A model generated the notes under the pieces. That model worked only from the letters and a program-made list of their open reading frames with translations, did no database searches and was not told where the DNA came from. Positions 9,679 to 19,495 of a stretch of DNA of 64,000 nucleotides are shown here, piece after piece. Source of the stretch: an uncultured Clostridia bacterium (GTDB taxonomy: Bacteria > Bacillota > Clostridia > TANB77 > CAG-508); assembly GCA_947601495.1 (NCBI GenBank), contig CANQGE010000001.1, forward strand, positions 31,731 through 95,730, written 5' to 3'. A program made the translations under genes and the position numbers. Within the stretch, counting starts at the first letter, position 1, and each line of letters begins with the position of its first letter.

Positions 9679-10323
9679 CTAGTCTTCATTATCTAAACAT
9701 TTAATTGCTTTTTTTCTAATACGTTGAATTGCATTGTCTACAGATTTTACAGGAGAATTTAATTTATTTGCTATTGAAACATAACTATCTCCTTGTATGT
9801 ATTTATCTAGAACTTGTTTTTCAAATGTGCTTAAGTTTTTATCAATTCTATTTTCTACAAATTTTATGTATTCTTTTTTAGTGATTGTTTCTAATGGATC
9901 TTCCACAAGTTTTGTGTCTAGGATGTCCATAATAGAAGTATCTTCATTATCATCATAAGCTGCTATGTTTAGTGAATATGAAGAATTAAGTGGCATATGT
10001 TTTTGTCTATTTGAACTTTTTATTGCTGTTATTAATTGTCTTTCTATGCACAAATTTGCAAAAGTTTTAAATGAATTATTTTTTTCTAAATCGAAAGATT
10101 GTATTGCTTTAAATAATCCAATCATTCCTTCTTGAAGCATATCATCATTTTCAGCACCGATTAAGAAAAATCTATTTGCTTTCATGCTTGCAAGTCCTCT
10201 ATATTTTTCTAATAAATAATTCTGCGCTTCTAAATCGCCTAATCTAATTTTTTTGATTAGTTCTTCGTCTGACATATTTTGGTATTTACTACTCATTAAA
10301 CTATATAGCGCTTTATTAGACAT
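9679..10323 (-). CDS. sigH: Sporulation sigma factor sigma-H (sigma-70 family, ECF-like)
   Basis: The 214-aa length and layout match Firmicute SigH, with region 2 (EGMIGLFKAIQSFDLEKNNSFKTFANLCIERQL) and a region 4 HTH near the C-terminus (VSIANKLNSPVKSVDNAIQRIRKKA). Confidence 0.8.
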   Translation of the reverse strand: MSNKALYSLMSSKYQNMSDEELIKKIRLGDLEAQNYLLEKYRGLASMKANRFFLIGAENDDMLQEGMIGLFKAIQSFDLEKNNSFKTFANLCIERQLITAIKSSNRQKHMPLNSSYSLNIAAYDDNEDTSIMDILDTKLVEDPLETITKKEYIKFVENRIDKNLSTFEKQVLDKYIQGDSYVSIANKLNSPVKSVDNAIQRIRKKAIKCLDNED

Positions 10324-10357
10324 TTATATATAGAACCTCCATGCAAGTTATAGCTGT

Positions 10358-10386
10358 ATTATATGTTCAAATGCTTGATATGTCAA
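10358..10386 (-). promoter_or_regulatory. Consensus sigma-A promoter upstream of sigH
   Basis: Minus strand reads TTGACA, a 17-bp spacer (tatcaagcatttgaaca), then TATAAT. It lies about 35 bp upstream of the sigH start. Confidence 0.55.
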
Positions 10387-10404
10387 GTATTTGAAAGAAA
10401 AAGA

Positions 10405-10440
10405 ATAAAAAAAGGCAGATTTTTTTTAAATCCGCCTTTA
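10405..10440 (-). terminator. Probable bidirectional terminator downstream of rny
   Basis: Imperfect hairpin aaggcagatt...aatccgcctt, flanked by A- and T-runs. Confidence 0.4.
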
Positions 10441-10443
10441 TTT

Positions 10444-11985
10444 TTATTTTGCATAATCAATTACTCTAGATTCTCTAATAACATTTACTTTAATCTGTCC
10501 TGGATATTCCATTTCATTCTCTACTTTTTTAGCAACATCTCTAGCCATAATAACCATATCTGCATCAGATACCTTTTCTGGTTTTACAATTAATCTAACT
10601 TCACGTCCAGCTTGAATTGCAAATGATTTTTCAACACCTTCAAATGAATCTGCTATTTCTTCAAGTTTTTCTAATCTCTTAATGTAAGATTCTAATGTTT
10701 CTCTTCTTGCTCCTGGTCTTGAAGCTGATATAGCATCTGCTGCTTGTACTAAAACTGCTTCTAAAGTAAGTGGTTCAACATCTCCATGATGTGCTTCAAC
10801 TGCATTAATTACGTTTTCATTTTCTTTATATTTTCTAAGAATTTCAACGCCTAATTCAACATGTGTTCCTTCCATATCATGGTCTAATGCTTTTCCTAGG
10901 TCATGTAATAAACCAGCACGTCTTGCTATTTTTGAATTTATACCTAATTCTTCTGCCATTATTCTAGCTAAATTAGAAACTTCTATTGAATGATTTAATA
11001 CATTTTGTCCATAGCTTGTTCTATATTTTAGCTTACCAATTAATTTTATTATATCTGGATGAAGATTATTTACACCTGTTTCTAAAGCTGCTCTTTCTCC
11101 TTCTTCCTTAATTGTTTGGGCTACTTCTTCTTTTGCCTTTTCAACCATTTCTTCTATTTTTGCAGGATGAATTCTACCATCTTCAATTAATTTTTCAATT
11201 GCAATTCTAGCAACTTCTCTTCTTAGTGGGTCAAATCCAGAAATAATAACTGCTTCTGGAGTGTCATCAATAATTAAATCAATTCCGGTAAGAGTTTCTA
11301 ATGCTTTAATGTTTCTTCCTTCTCTTCCTATAATTCTTCCTTTCATTTCGTCATTTGGAAGAGCAACAACAGATACCGTTGTTTCAGAAGTATGATCAGC
11401 TGCACATTTTTGAATTGCAAAACTAATTATTTCTCTTGCATTCTTTGTAGCTTCTTCTTTTGCCTTTGCTTCTTGGTCTCTAATAATTGCAGCCTTTTCC
11501 TGTGTAATTTCTTTATCCAAATTACTTAATAATTGTTGTTTTGCTTGTTCTTCAGTTAAACCTGAAATTCTTTGTAATTCCTCTGATTGTTTATTACAAA
11601 TTTCTTCCAATTCTTGTTTTTTCTGTTCATTTTCTGCATATTTTCTTTCAAGTTCTCTTTCTTTTCCTTCACAAGCTGTTACTCTTTTTTCTAAGTTTTC
11701 TTCTTTTTGAATTAGTCTTCTTTCTTGTGTTTGAATGTCACCTCTTCTTTCTTTAATCTCTTGCTCTAAATCATTTCTTATTTGTAGTACTTCCTCTTTT
11801 GCTTTAATTAATTCTTCTTTTTTTAAATTTTCGGCTTCTACTTTTCCGTTTTCAATTAATCTTTTAGCTTCATTTTCCGCACTTTGAATTTTAGACTCTG
11901 CAGTTCTTTTTCTAATAACCATTCCTACTGGAATGAAAATTATAGCTGAGATTAGAAGAGTGGCAATGATTGAAATTGTTTGCAT
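10444..11985 (-). CDS. rny: Ribonuclease Y
   Basis: N-terminal TM anchor, a long coiled-coil, a KH domain ([15 protein letters not shown]) and an HD domain (LLHDLGKA ... EAHHGD). Confidence 0.92.
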   Translation of the reverse strand: MQTISIIATLLISAIIFIPVGMVIRKRTAESKIQSAENEAKRLIENGKVEAENLKKEELIKAKEEVLQIRNDLEQEIKERRGDIQTQERRLIQKEENLEKRVTACEGKERELERKYAENEQKKQELEEICNKQSEELQRISGLTEEQAKQQLLSNLDKEITQEKAAIIRDQEAKAKEEATKNAREIISFAIQKCAADHTSETTVSVVALPNDEMKGRIIGREGRNIKALETLTGIDLIIDDTPEAVIISGFDPLRREVARIAIEKLIEDGRIHPAKIEEMVEKAKEEVAQTIKEEGERAALETGVNNLHPDIIKLIGKLKYRTSYGQNVLNHSIEVSNLARIMAEELGINSKIARRAGLLHDLGKALDHDMEGTHVELGVEILRKYKENENVINAVEAHHGDVEPLTLEAVLVQAADAISASRPGARRETLESYIKRLEKLEEIADSFEGVEKSFAIQAGREVRLIVKPEKVSDADMVIMARDVAKKVENEMEYPGQIKVNVIRESRVIDYAK

Positions 11986-12150
11986 AATTACATTTACCTC
12001 TTTTCTATTAAATTTTCAATGTACAACAAAATTATTCCATAAACTAAGTTATCATTTATATAATTTATATTGTATTTTTTCCTACATTAATATTTTATAT
12101 GTATTATTGCAATGTGTCAAGTTTTTTTCTTGGAAAATTATGTAAATTTT

Positions 12151-13083
12151 CTATTCAAACATTTTATTTATAGCCTTTTCAAAAACATTTTTTGCAATTT
12201 TATATCCAGAAGGAACTATTTCTGAAAATTTATTCATGCAAACATTTCCATTTATTTCCATAACAAAAATTTTTTCATCAGATGTAACTGCTATATCAAT
12301 ACTTGCAAAATTAATGTTTATAGCATTTCCTGCTTGAATTGCAACTTTTTTAATTTCTTCAATGTATTTATCATTTTCATCAATTAAAATTGGTTCTGCT
12401 CCGTTATTTAAATTATGTTTCCAGCATACTGTAACTTCTTCATTTTTTAAAGGTATTTTATTTAAATCTAAATCTTTACAAATTGGAAGATTCATTTTAT
12501 CATATTTAATGCTAATTAATTCACCTATATTATGAACTCCATCGCCTACAACATATGCTTTTTTCTTTTTATATGCATATATTACTTCACCGCTTAAAAA
12601 TATAACTCTATATTCATAGTCTATATCCATATATGGACAGGCGCTTAAAGTATCATTATCTTCAAATAGTTTAGAAACAATTTTTCTTACTTCATCTTCA
12701 GTTGAGCAATAATATACATCTTTTCCCTCATATGAATTATTTGCTTTTATTACCAATTTATTATTTGAACTTTTAAGCAAATTAATTGCTTCATCTAAAA
12801 ATTTTTGATTATAATATGCACTTCTAGTTTTAGGATTAAATATTATTTTATGTGGTATAGTTGATATATTGTTTTCATGTAGCACTGCATAAGTTGCAAA
12901 TTTATCTGATGCAATGTTATATGATGTTGTACTATTTAAATCCAATTGATATCCTATTATGTGTCTCTTCTTTCCATCTTTTATTAGTTCTTTAATCCAG
13001 CCATAAGAAAGTTCTTTTTGGGTAATATTTTTTTCATTACAAATCTCATTAATTATTTTATAAAATGGTTTATGCTTTTCCAT
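12151..13083 (-). CDS. ATP-grasp domain protein (YheC/YheD-like), function unknown
   Basis: N-terminal DKxxTYAVLxxNNI pre-ATP-grasp pattern. The central and C-terminal fold is consistent with ATP-grasp ligases. No operon partners clarify a substrate. Confidence 0.45.
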   Translation of the reverse strand: MEKHKPFYKIINEICNEKNITQKELSYGWIKELIKDGKKRHIIGYQLDLNSTTSYNIASDKFATYAVLHENNISTIPHKIIFNPKTRSAYYNQKFLDEAINLLKSSNNKLVIKANNSYEGKDVYYCSTEDEVRKIVSKLFEDNDTLSACPYMDIDYEYRVIFLSGEVIYAYKKKKAYVVGDGVHNIGELISIKYDKMNLPICKDLDLNKIPLKNEEVTVCWKHNLNNGAEPILIDENDKYIEEIKKVAIQAGNAININFASIDIAVTSDEKIFVMEINGNVCMNKFSEIVPSGYKIAKNVFEKAINKMFE

Positions 13084-13167
13084 ATATCATTCCTCTTATA
13101 TATTTTGTTATTTATATATAAAAAGCGAACTTTAAATTTATATTTTAAAAATTCGCTTTTGTGTAAA

Positions 13168-15204
13168 TTATTTTAATTTAGTTACAATTTTTAGAATTTC
13201 AGAATCGCTCCAAGCCTGTGAGAAAGTTCCACCAGGGTTAAAAGGTAATTCTGCATCATATACTTCTGAAAGAGTTCCAACTCCTTGAGAATTATTTATT
13301 TCCACTTTAAAAGTATTGTAAACTTTTTCTATAAATTTTTCGTATTCTATTTTTAATTTTTCTTTTTCTAATCTATCTTTTTCAAATTCTATTATATTCT
13401 TAAAGCTATCATTATATAGTCCTAAAAGCCAAATCCAAATTGTTCCTTGATGATATGCTGAATCTCTTTCAAAAACATTTCCTTCATAATGTGGAATATA
13501 TCCTTCCTCATCTTTTGCAAGGGTTTTTAATCCATACTTAGTAAGCAATTTACTTGTTACTGTTTTAAATATTGTTTTTCCAATTTCAGAAGAAGGTTTT
13601 ATAACTGGATATGTTGTTGATATTGCAAATAATTGATTTGGTCTAATTTTTTCATCTCCAATAACATCATATAAAGACTTTTTCTTTTTATTATAAAATT
13701 GTTTTTCAAATTCTTTCTGATGCTCTACTGCTGTTTTTTTATAAATGTCAGCTAGTTCTTTTTCATCAAATCTTTTTGCTAAATTTTCCAAAGTTTTTAA
13801 TGCATTATAGTAAAGTGCATTTAATTCAACAACTTTACCATTTCTAGGTGTAACTGCTTTGTTTCCAATTTTAACATCCATCCATGTATTTTGGGTGTCT
13901 GGAGTTCCAGAGCATAAAAGTCCATCATTTGCAATATAGATGTTGTTATTATCTTGATTAATTCCTGATTGATAATATTTAATTATTTCTTTTAACTTTT
14001 CATATATATTATTTTTTATGAAATCATAATCTTTTGTATATTGTAAAAATTTATTTACTTGCTCAAATAGTAATAGTGATGCATCTGCACTATTATATAG
14101 AGGTCTATTATCAAAACCAGAGTAACCGTTTGGAACTAGTCCAAATTTAACATCTCTAGTAAAAGTTAATAATATTTCTTTTGCTAAATCATATCTTTTA
14201 GTTATTAAAAATGCTCCTTCAAAGGCAATTAATGAATCTCTTCCCCAATCTAAAAACCATGGAAATCCTGCTATAATTGAATGTGTTCCAAATGAAGGTC
14301 TATTTATAACAAAGCTATCTAAGGCAATTACAAGGTCTTTTACTAATTCGTTGTAGTCTTTCTCTTTTTTAGTTAATTTGCTTTTTTCTTTTAATAGTTT
14401 TGTGTTATTTACAACAGTTTCAATTCTTTTTATTTCATTTTGTATTACTTTATTTGCATCAACTTGTTCTGTATTATCTTCTAATGAAGCTACGAAAGTT
14501 ATTTCTTTAGTTTCACGAGGTTTAATTTTTATTTCATATCTACCAGGAATAATTAAATTTTCTTTTGGGAAAAATCCTCTTTCTTCCTCTTTTATATAAA
14601 ACATATCTCTAAATACATCATTATAATGTTTTATGTATTCGCCTTCATTAGAAAAAATATAAAGAGGGAAGCTTGCATTTCCATCTATTTCTAATCTAAC
14701 TTTATTATTATCATTTTTTTGTTTTAACTCAAATTCGTGGTTTGTAGTCATTTGATGGAAGTCTCTAAAATTAACAATAGGCGTTAATTTCAAAAGAGAC
14801 TCTTTTTTTCCATTTTTTATTTTATATTGTACGACTACTGTATTTCTTCCATATATCATTGATATAGTTTTCACTATTTTTACATCTTCAATTTTATAAG
14901 TGAAAACAGGCAAAAATTCTTTTTCAAATGATTCTAAATTTTTATATCCTTCTGAAATATAGTTTTCACATACATTTGTAAATAAGTTGTACTCATCTCG
15001 ATCAATTAATATGCTTTCATCAAGTTTTGAAAGTAATAAATGCCTTTGTGCTGGTGGATTTAAAGGTGCTACTAGTAGTCCATGATATCTTCTAGTATTT
15101 GCTCCAATAACTGTTGATGAAGCAAAACCTCCTATTCCATTTGTTATAATCCATTCTTTATTTAAAGCATTTTTTAAATCGATTTGTTTTTTTAATAGTT
15201 TCAT
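13168..15204 (-). CDS. Amylo-alpha-1,6-glucosidase-type glycogen debranching enzyme (GDE_N + GDE_C family)
   Basis: The N-terminal signature TNGIGGFASSTVIGANTRRYHGLL is typical of archaeal/bacterial GDE-family enzymes. The 678-aa length is appropriate. Confidence 0.75.
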   Translation of the reverse strand: MKLLKKQIDLKNALNKEWIITNGIGGFASSTVIGANTRRYHGLLVAPLNPPAQRHLLLSKLDESILIDRDEYNLFTNVCENYISEGYKNLESFEKEFLPVFTYKIEDVKIVKTISMIYGRNTVVVQYKIKNGKKESLLKLTPIVNFRDFHQMTTNHEFELKQKNDNNKVRLEIDGNASFPLYIFSNEGEYIKHYNDVFRDMFYIKEEERGFFPKENLIIPGRYEIKIKPRETKEITFVASLEDNTEQVDANKVIQNEIKRIETVVNNTKLLKEKSKLTKKEKDYNELVKDLVIALDSFVINRPSFGTHSIIAGFPWFLDWGRDSLIAFEGAFLITKRYDLAKEILLTFTRDVKFGLVPNGYSGFDNRPLYNSADASLLLFEQVNKFLQYTKDYDFIKNNIYEKLKEIIKYYQSGINQDNNNIYIANDGLLCSGTPDTQNTWMDVKIGNKAVTPRNGKVVELNALYYNALKTLENLAKRFDEKELADIYKKTAVEHQKEFEKQFYNKKKKSLYDVIGDEKIRPNQLFAISTTYPVIKPSSEIGKTIFKTVTSKLLTKYGLKTLAKDEEGYIPHYEGNVFERDSAYHQGTIWIWLLGLYNDSFKNIIEFEKDRLEKEKLKIEYEKFIEKVYNTFKVEINNSQGVGTLSEVYDAELPFNPGGTFSQAWSDSEILKIVTKLK

Positions 15205-15224
15205 TAGTACTTTACCTCTTCTTT

Positions 15225-16805
15225 TTATTTCTTTCGTTTACCGTCATCTGCTCTTTTTGATTTAGTTTTATTAAGTTCTCTTTGAGTTTGCTCTAGTTTT
15301 TCAATTTGATTTGCAACTTTTCTATTTTCAAGTATTCTAGCATCCGTAGTTTGAATAGATTTAACTCTTTCACTATATTTTTCTTTAAACTTACTCTCTC
15401 TATTTTTTCCTTCTTGATGTTTTGATGTGTTTTGATTAAATATTCCTTTTTTAGAAACCTTTACTAATGCTTTTTGCTGTTTCTGTTGTAATTTTTTCTG
15501 TTCTTTTAATACAGATTGTAATAATAAATATTGAGTATCATTTTGCATGTCATGGAATTTAAGATCGTTACAAACCATTTCTATTATTATTGAAGCAACA
15601 ATATCTGAATTGTGCATAATTTTTCCATCTTTAATACATGACATATTTCTTTGAATAAGTTTTACATTAAATTCACTTAGTTTCTTATTATCTATATCTA
15701 CTAAATCTGAACCTTCTTTATTATATTTTCTTATGTATTCTGGTATAACTTCTCCAGTATCTGCCAAGCAATAGTCTATAATTCCACTACCAATATGTTC
15801 TTGTAAAACTCTTAAGTGATCTGATACTGCAAAGTCATCTGTTTGACCAGGTTCTGTCATAATATTAGAAATATAATATTTTGTAGCTTTGCTATCTTTT
15901 ATTTCTCTTGCTATATTCCTTATTAATAGGCTAGGTAGAACATTTGTATATAAACTACCAGGGCCAATAATTATAACATCCGCACTTGCTATTGCTTCTA
16001 ATACTCCTGGTGCTGGTTTGCAATTTGAAGGAGAAATATATATTCTATTTATTCTTTCTTTTTTACTTGCTACTATTTCTGCTATTTTATCTTTTTGATC
16101 AATAGTTGTTCCATCAGCAAGTTCTGCATGTACACTAATTTCATCAAGAGTAGCAGGAATAACTGTTCCAGAAATATTTAATACATCTTTGCTTTTTGAA
16201 ATTGCTTCTGCTATATTTCCATATATTTCAGTCATAGCAACAAAGTAAATATCACTAAAATTTAAACCTCTTAAACGTTCATGTCTAAAGTTTAAGTCCA
16301 TAAGACTTTTCATTTCGTTTTGATTACTTGAAATAGATATTAAAGCATCTTTAATATCTTTTCTTGCATTCATAGAAGTGTTTCCATAATCAGACATAGT
16401 TACTATTGCTGTGATATTATTAGTATAATGCTTAAATCCTTCGATTATATTATTTAAACCTTGTCCACCGCCTATAATAACAACTTTTGGTCCTTCTTCA
16501 TAAACATTTCTATTAAATATTAAAGATTTTATATTAGATTGAGCTTGTCTTCCTTTTTCAGAAGTGTTATTTGCCTCTATAATTAGCTCTAAACTTCTTT
16601 TTTGTATAAAAATAACACTAGTAACAATTGCAATAAATCCAATAATAAATATAACTATTGTTTTTCCTAATTCGAAGAAAGATATTTCTTCTGATGTTAA
16701 TATTTTTGCTATTCCATAACAAGTAAGTACAACACCAACAATTATTAAAAGAATCCATCTTTTTACTTTTGTACTTGCCTTAAACCATTCAAAAAAAGAT
16801 TTCAT
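15225..16805 (-). CDS. YvcK/CofD-family (gluconeogenesis factor-like) protein with an N-terminal 2-TM anchor and a C-terminal K/Q-rich extension
   Basis: Core motif PKVVIIGGGQGLNNIIEGFKHYTNNITAIVTMSDYG aligns with YvcK PKVVVIGGGTGL...ITAIVTVADDG. Two N-terminal TM helices and a roughly 100-aa basic C-terminal tail are not typical of YvcK. Confidence 0.65.
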   Translation of the reverse strand: MKSFFEWFKASTKVKRWILLIIVGVVLTCYGIAKILTSEEISFFELGKTIVIFIIGFIAIVTSVIFIQKRSLELIIEANNTSEKGRQAQSNIKSLIFNRNVYEEGPKVVIIGGGQGLNNIIEGFKHYTNNITAIVTMSDYGNTSMNARKDIKDALISISSNQNEMKSLMDLNFRHERLRGLNFSDIYFVAMTEIYGNIAEAISKSKDVLNISGTVIPATLDEISVHAELADGTTIDQKDKIAEIVASKKERINRIYISPSNCKPAPGVLEAIASADVIIIGPGSLYTNVLPSLLIRNIAREIKDSKATKYYISNIMTEPGQTDDFAVSDHLRVLQEHIGSGIIDYCLADTGEVIPEYIRKYNKEGSDLVDIDNKKLSEFNVKLIQRNMSCIKDGKIMHNSDIVASIIIEMVCNDLKFHDMQNDTQYLLLQSVLKEQKKLQQKQQKALVKVSKKGIFNQNTSKHQEGKNRESKFKEKYSERVKSIQTTDARILENRKVANQIEKLEQTQRELNKTKSKRADDGKRKK

Positions 16806-17728
16806 TATTTTTCATCTCCTAAAACTATTATTTCCAATTCTAAATCTGTGTTAAATTTTTCTTTTACTGTTTTTCTTATATGATTAATTAATTCTAAAAC
16901 ATCATTTGCCTTTGCTTTTCCTTTATTTATGATAAATCCAGCATGTTTTGTAGAAATTTCTGCATCTCCTATGCTATATCCTTTTAACCCACACTCATCT
17001 ATTAATTTTGCTGTTGGAGCTTCTAATGTTCTCTTAAAAATGCTACCTGCATTAGGATATTCAAGAGGTTGATGCTCTTTTCTTGAAATTGAATATTCAT
17101 TTATTTTTTCCTCAATTTCTTTTTTATTTCCTTTTTTTAATTTTAATGTTGTATCAATAATTATGCCTTCTAATTCTTCAAAAGCACTATGTCTATATTT
17201 GAAATCATGTTCATCAAAATTTATAGTTTTTATTTTTCCATCCAAGGTAACATATCTTGTTTTCACAACTATATCTTTCATTTCTCTGCCATAAGCTCCT
17301 GCATTCATTCTTATAGCTCCACCTATAGTTCCTGGTATTCCAGATAAAAATTCTAGTCCTTCAATTTCTTCTTTTAAAGCTATTGCAGATAATGTTGATA
17401 AAGACATTCCAGATTCTACTGTAATAAATACTTCATTTTCATTTTTTCTAATTTTAAAATTTTTAATGTCTAACTTTAAAACAGCTCCTTTTATTCCTTC
17501 ATCTTTTACTAATACGTTTGTGCCATTTCCTAAAATTACAAATTTTATTTTATGTTCTTTTAAAACTTTTAAAACTTTTTTTAATTTCTCAATTGAATCT
17601 ATTATTATAAAATAGTCTGCTTTTCCACCAATTTTAAATGATGTATGCTTAGACATAGGCTCATTTTTGAAAAAGTTATTTTTATTTATTATCTCTAGTA
17701 ATTGTTCATCAAGATCTATCATATGCAA
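16805..17728 (-). CDS. murB: UDP-N-acetylenolpyruvoylglucosamine reductase
   Basis: FAD-binding N-terminus (FKIGGKADYFIIIDSIEKL; LGNGTNVLV) and the C-terminal MurB domain. 307 aa. Confidence 0.88.
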   Translation of the reverse strand: MHMIDLDEQLLEIINKNNFFKNEPMSKHTSFKIGGKADYFIIIDSIEKLKKVLKVLKEHKIKFVILGNGTNVLVKDEGIKGAVLKLDIKNFKIRKNENEVFITVESGMSLSTLSAIALKEEIEGLEFLSGIPGTIGGAIRMNAGAYGREMKDIVVKTRYVTLDGKIKTINFDEHDFKYRHSAFEELEGIIIDTTLKLKKGNKKEIEEKINEYSISRKEHQPLEYPNAGSIFKRTLEAPTAKLIDECGLKGYSIGDAEISTKHAGFIINKGKAKANDVLELINHIRKTVKEKFNTDLELEIIVLGDEK

Positions 17729-17871
17729 ATTTCCCTTCTTGCAATTATATCACTAATTATTATATGCTAAATGCACACACAGTAATACTATCATTTTTCT
17801 GCTTTTTTTACAATACAAAAAGCAAATTTGTAACATTCAATTTATATTCTTATTATAAATAAAAAAATAAA

Positions 17872-17894
17872 GGGATAGAAAACTTCTATCCCCG
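17872..17894 (-). terminator. Rho-independent terminator downstream of the GT2 gene
   Basis: gggatagaa...tctatccc hairpin, followed by a T-run on the minus strand. Confidence 0.5.
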
Positions 17895-17915
17895 ATTATT
17901 TATTTAATTTACAAA

Positions 17916-19175
17916 TTAACTAATTGTTTCTTGTTTTACTTCTTTAATGTCTATATCTCTAACGTGCTCAATTTTTTCCCATTTTGTATTAGGTTTTACA
18001 ATACATTTAATGTTTATAGCTATCCAAGAACCTAAGAATAGTGGATAACAGATAATTGCACCAAGCATAGGTTTAATTTTTCTTTTATCTAATGCCATAA
18101 TAGCTGTTCCTGTAATAACTGGTAAAATAAATGTTGCAATTAAATATCTTCCATAGTTTCCTATTAATTCAGCAGCTGTCATTTCAGAACCTAGATATAA
18201 TAAGCCATTTATTCCTAATAAAACAAAAGTTAATATCATCATAGGAATTCCAAACATATATAATAAACCATCAAAGTTCATAAGAGTTTTATGTTCTACT
18301 ACACCTTTTGCTAAATCTTTAGTGTAGTTTTTCATACATTGAAGATGTCCAACTGTCCATCTAGAACGTTGTGACCAACTTTGAGCAAAATGAACTGGTT
18401 GTTCGTCATATACTATTGCATCTGTTGCCCATCCTATTTTTCTTCCTTTTGCAATATTTATTAAAGAAAATTCAATATCTTCTGTTAAAGTAACTGTTTG
18501 CCATCCATTAGGTTTTATTAAATCAAATTTAACCATAAAACCTGTTCCATTTATTAATGGTGATAATCCTAAATTATATCTTGCTAAGTGATAAAATCTG
18601 TTCATCATCCAATAAAAAATTGCATATCCTCCGGCAATCCAAGAATCTGTAGGATTTTTAATATCTCTATATCCTTGAACAATTTCTTCACCTTGGCAAA
18701 GTTTTTTATTCATATTTTTCAAAAAGTTTTTATCAACAATATTATCTGCATCAAATACGCAAAAAGCATCATAATCTGCATTTTCTTCTATTTTTTGTTT
18801 TAAAAACCAATTTAAAGCAAATCCTTTAGTTTTGTTTGTTTCATCAAATCTTTTTAGGACTTTTGCTCCTGCTTCTTTAGCAATTTCAGCTGTTGCATCT
18901 GTGCAGTTATCTGCAATAACAAATATATCATAAAGATTTTCTGGATAGTCTTGAGCTTTTAGGCTTTCAACTAAATTTTTAATAACTGTTTCTTCGTTAT
19001 GTGCTGGAACTATTGCCATAAATTTGTGGTTTTTTTCAATTAGTAATTTTTTATCTTTTAGTTTTATTAATGAACAAAAACTAACTACAATTTGATATGC
19101 CCAATATATAGTTATTAACCATATCAAAGCTTGTTGTAAAAGATATAAATACTTCATTTTTAACCTCTTTTCCAA
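17916..19175 (-). CDS. Family 2 processive beta-glycosyltransferase, integral membrane (PgaC/IcaA/cellulose-synthase-like)
   Basis: GT-A DxD region (VIADNCTDAT; FDADN). QxxRW motif (QRSRWTVGH). N-terminal TM helices and a cluster of C-terminal TM helices. Confidence 0.8.
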   Translation of the reverse strand: MEKRLKMKYLYLLQQALIWLITIYWAYQIVVSFCSLIKLKDKKLLIEKNHKFMAIVPAHNEETVIKNLVESLKAQDYPENLYDIFVIADNCTDATAEIAKEAGAKVLKRFDETNKTKGFALNWFLKQKIEENADYDAFCVFDADNIVDKNFLKNMNKKLCQGEEIVQGYRDIKNPTDSWIAGGYAIFYWMMNRFYHLARYNLGLSPLINGTGFMVKFDLIKPNGWQTVTLTEDIEFSLINIAKGRKIGWATDAIVYDEQPVHFAQSWSQRSRWTVGHLQCMKNYTKDLAKGVVEHKTLMNFDGLLYMFGIPMMILTFVLLGINGLLYLGSEMTAAELIGNYGRYLIATFILPVITGTAIMALDKRKIKPMLGAIICYPLFLGSWIAINIKCIVKPNTKWEKIEHVRDIDIKEVKQETIS

Positions 19176-19495
19176 TCGTTTGTATTATATAGATTTTTCC
19201 ATATCTATACACCTTTTTCATTATAGCATTTTGTGGAAAATTTTTCAAGTTTTTTTGTAAAATTTAATAATTTCTAAAATTCAACATTTTCAAGGGTTTT
19301 CATACTTTTATTATACTTTTTTTAAAGAATTTTATTATCCAATTATATGTAAAATTTTTAAATTTATTTATTGCTTTATTTTATTAGTTTTTTGTATTAT
19401 ATTTCATTATTTGTAAAAAAATGACTAAAAAAAGAAATTTATTTTGAAGTAATTCTTCAAATTATAAATTTCTTTTTTAATTTCTTTATTATTTT

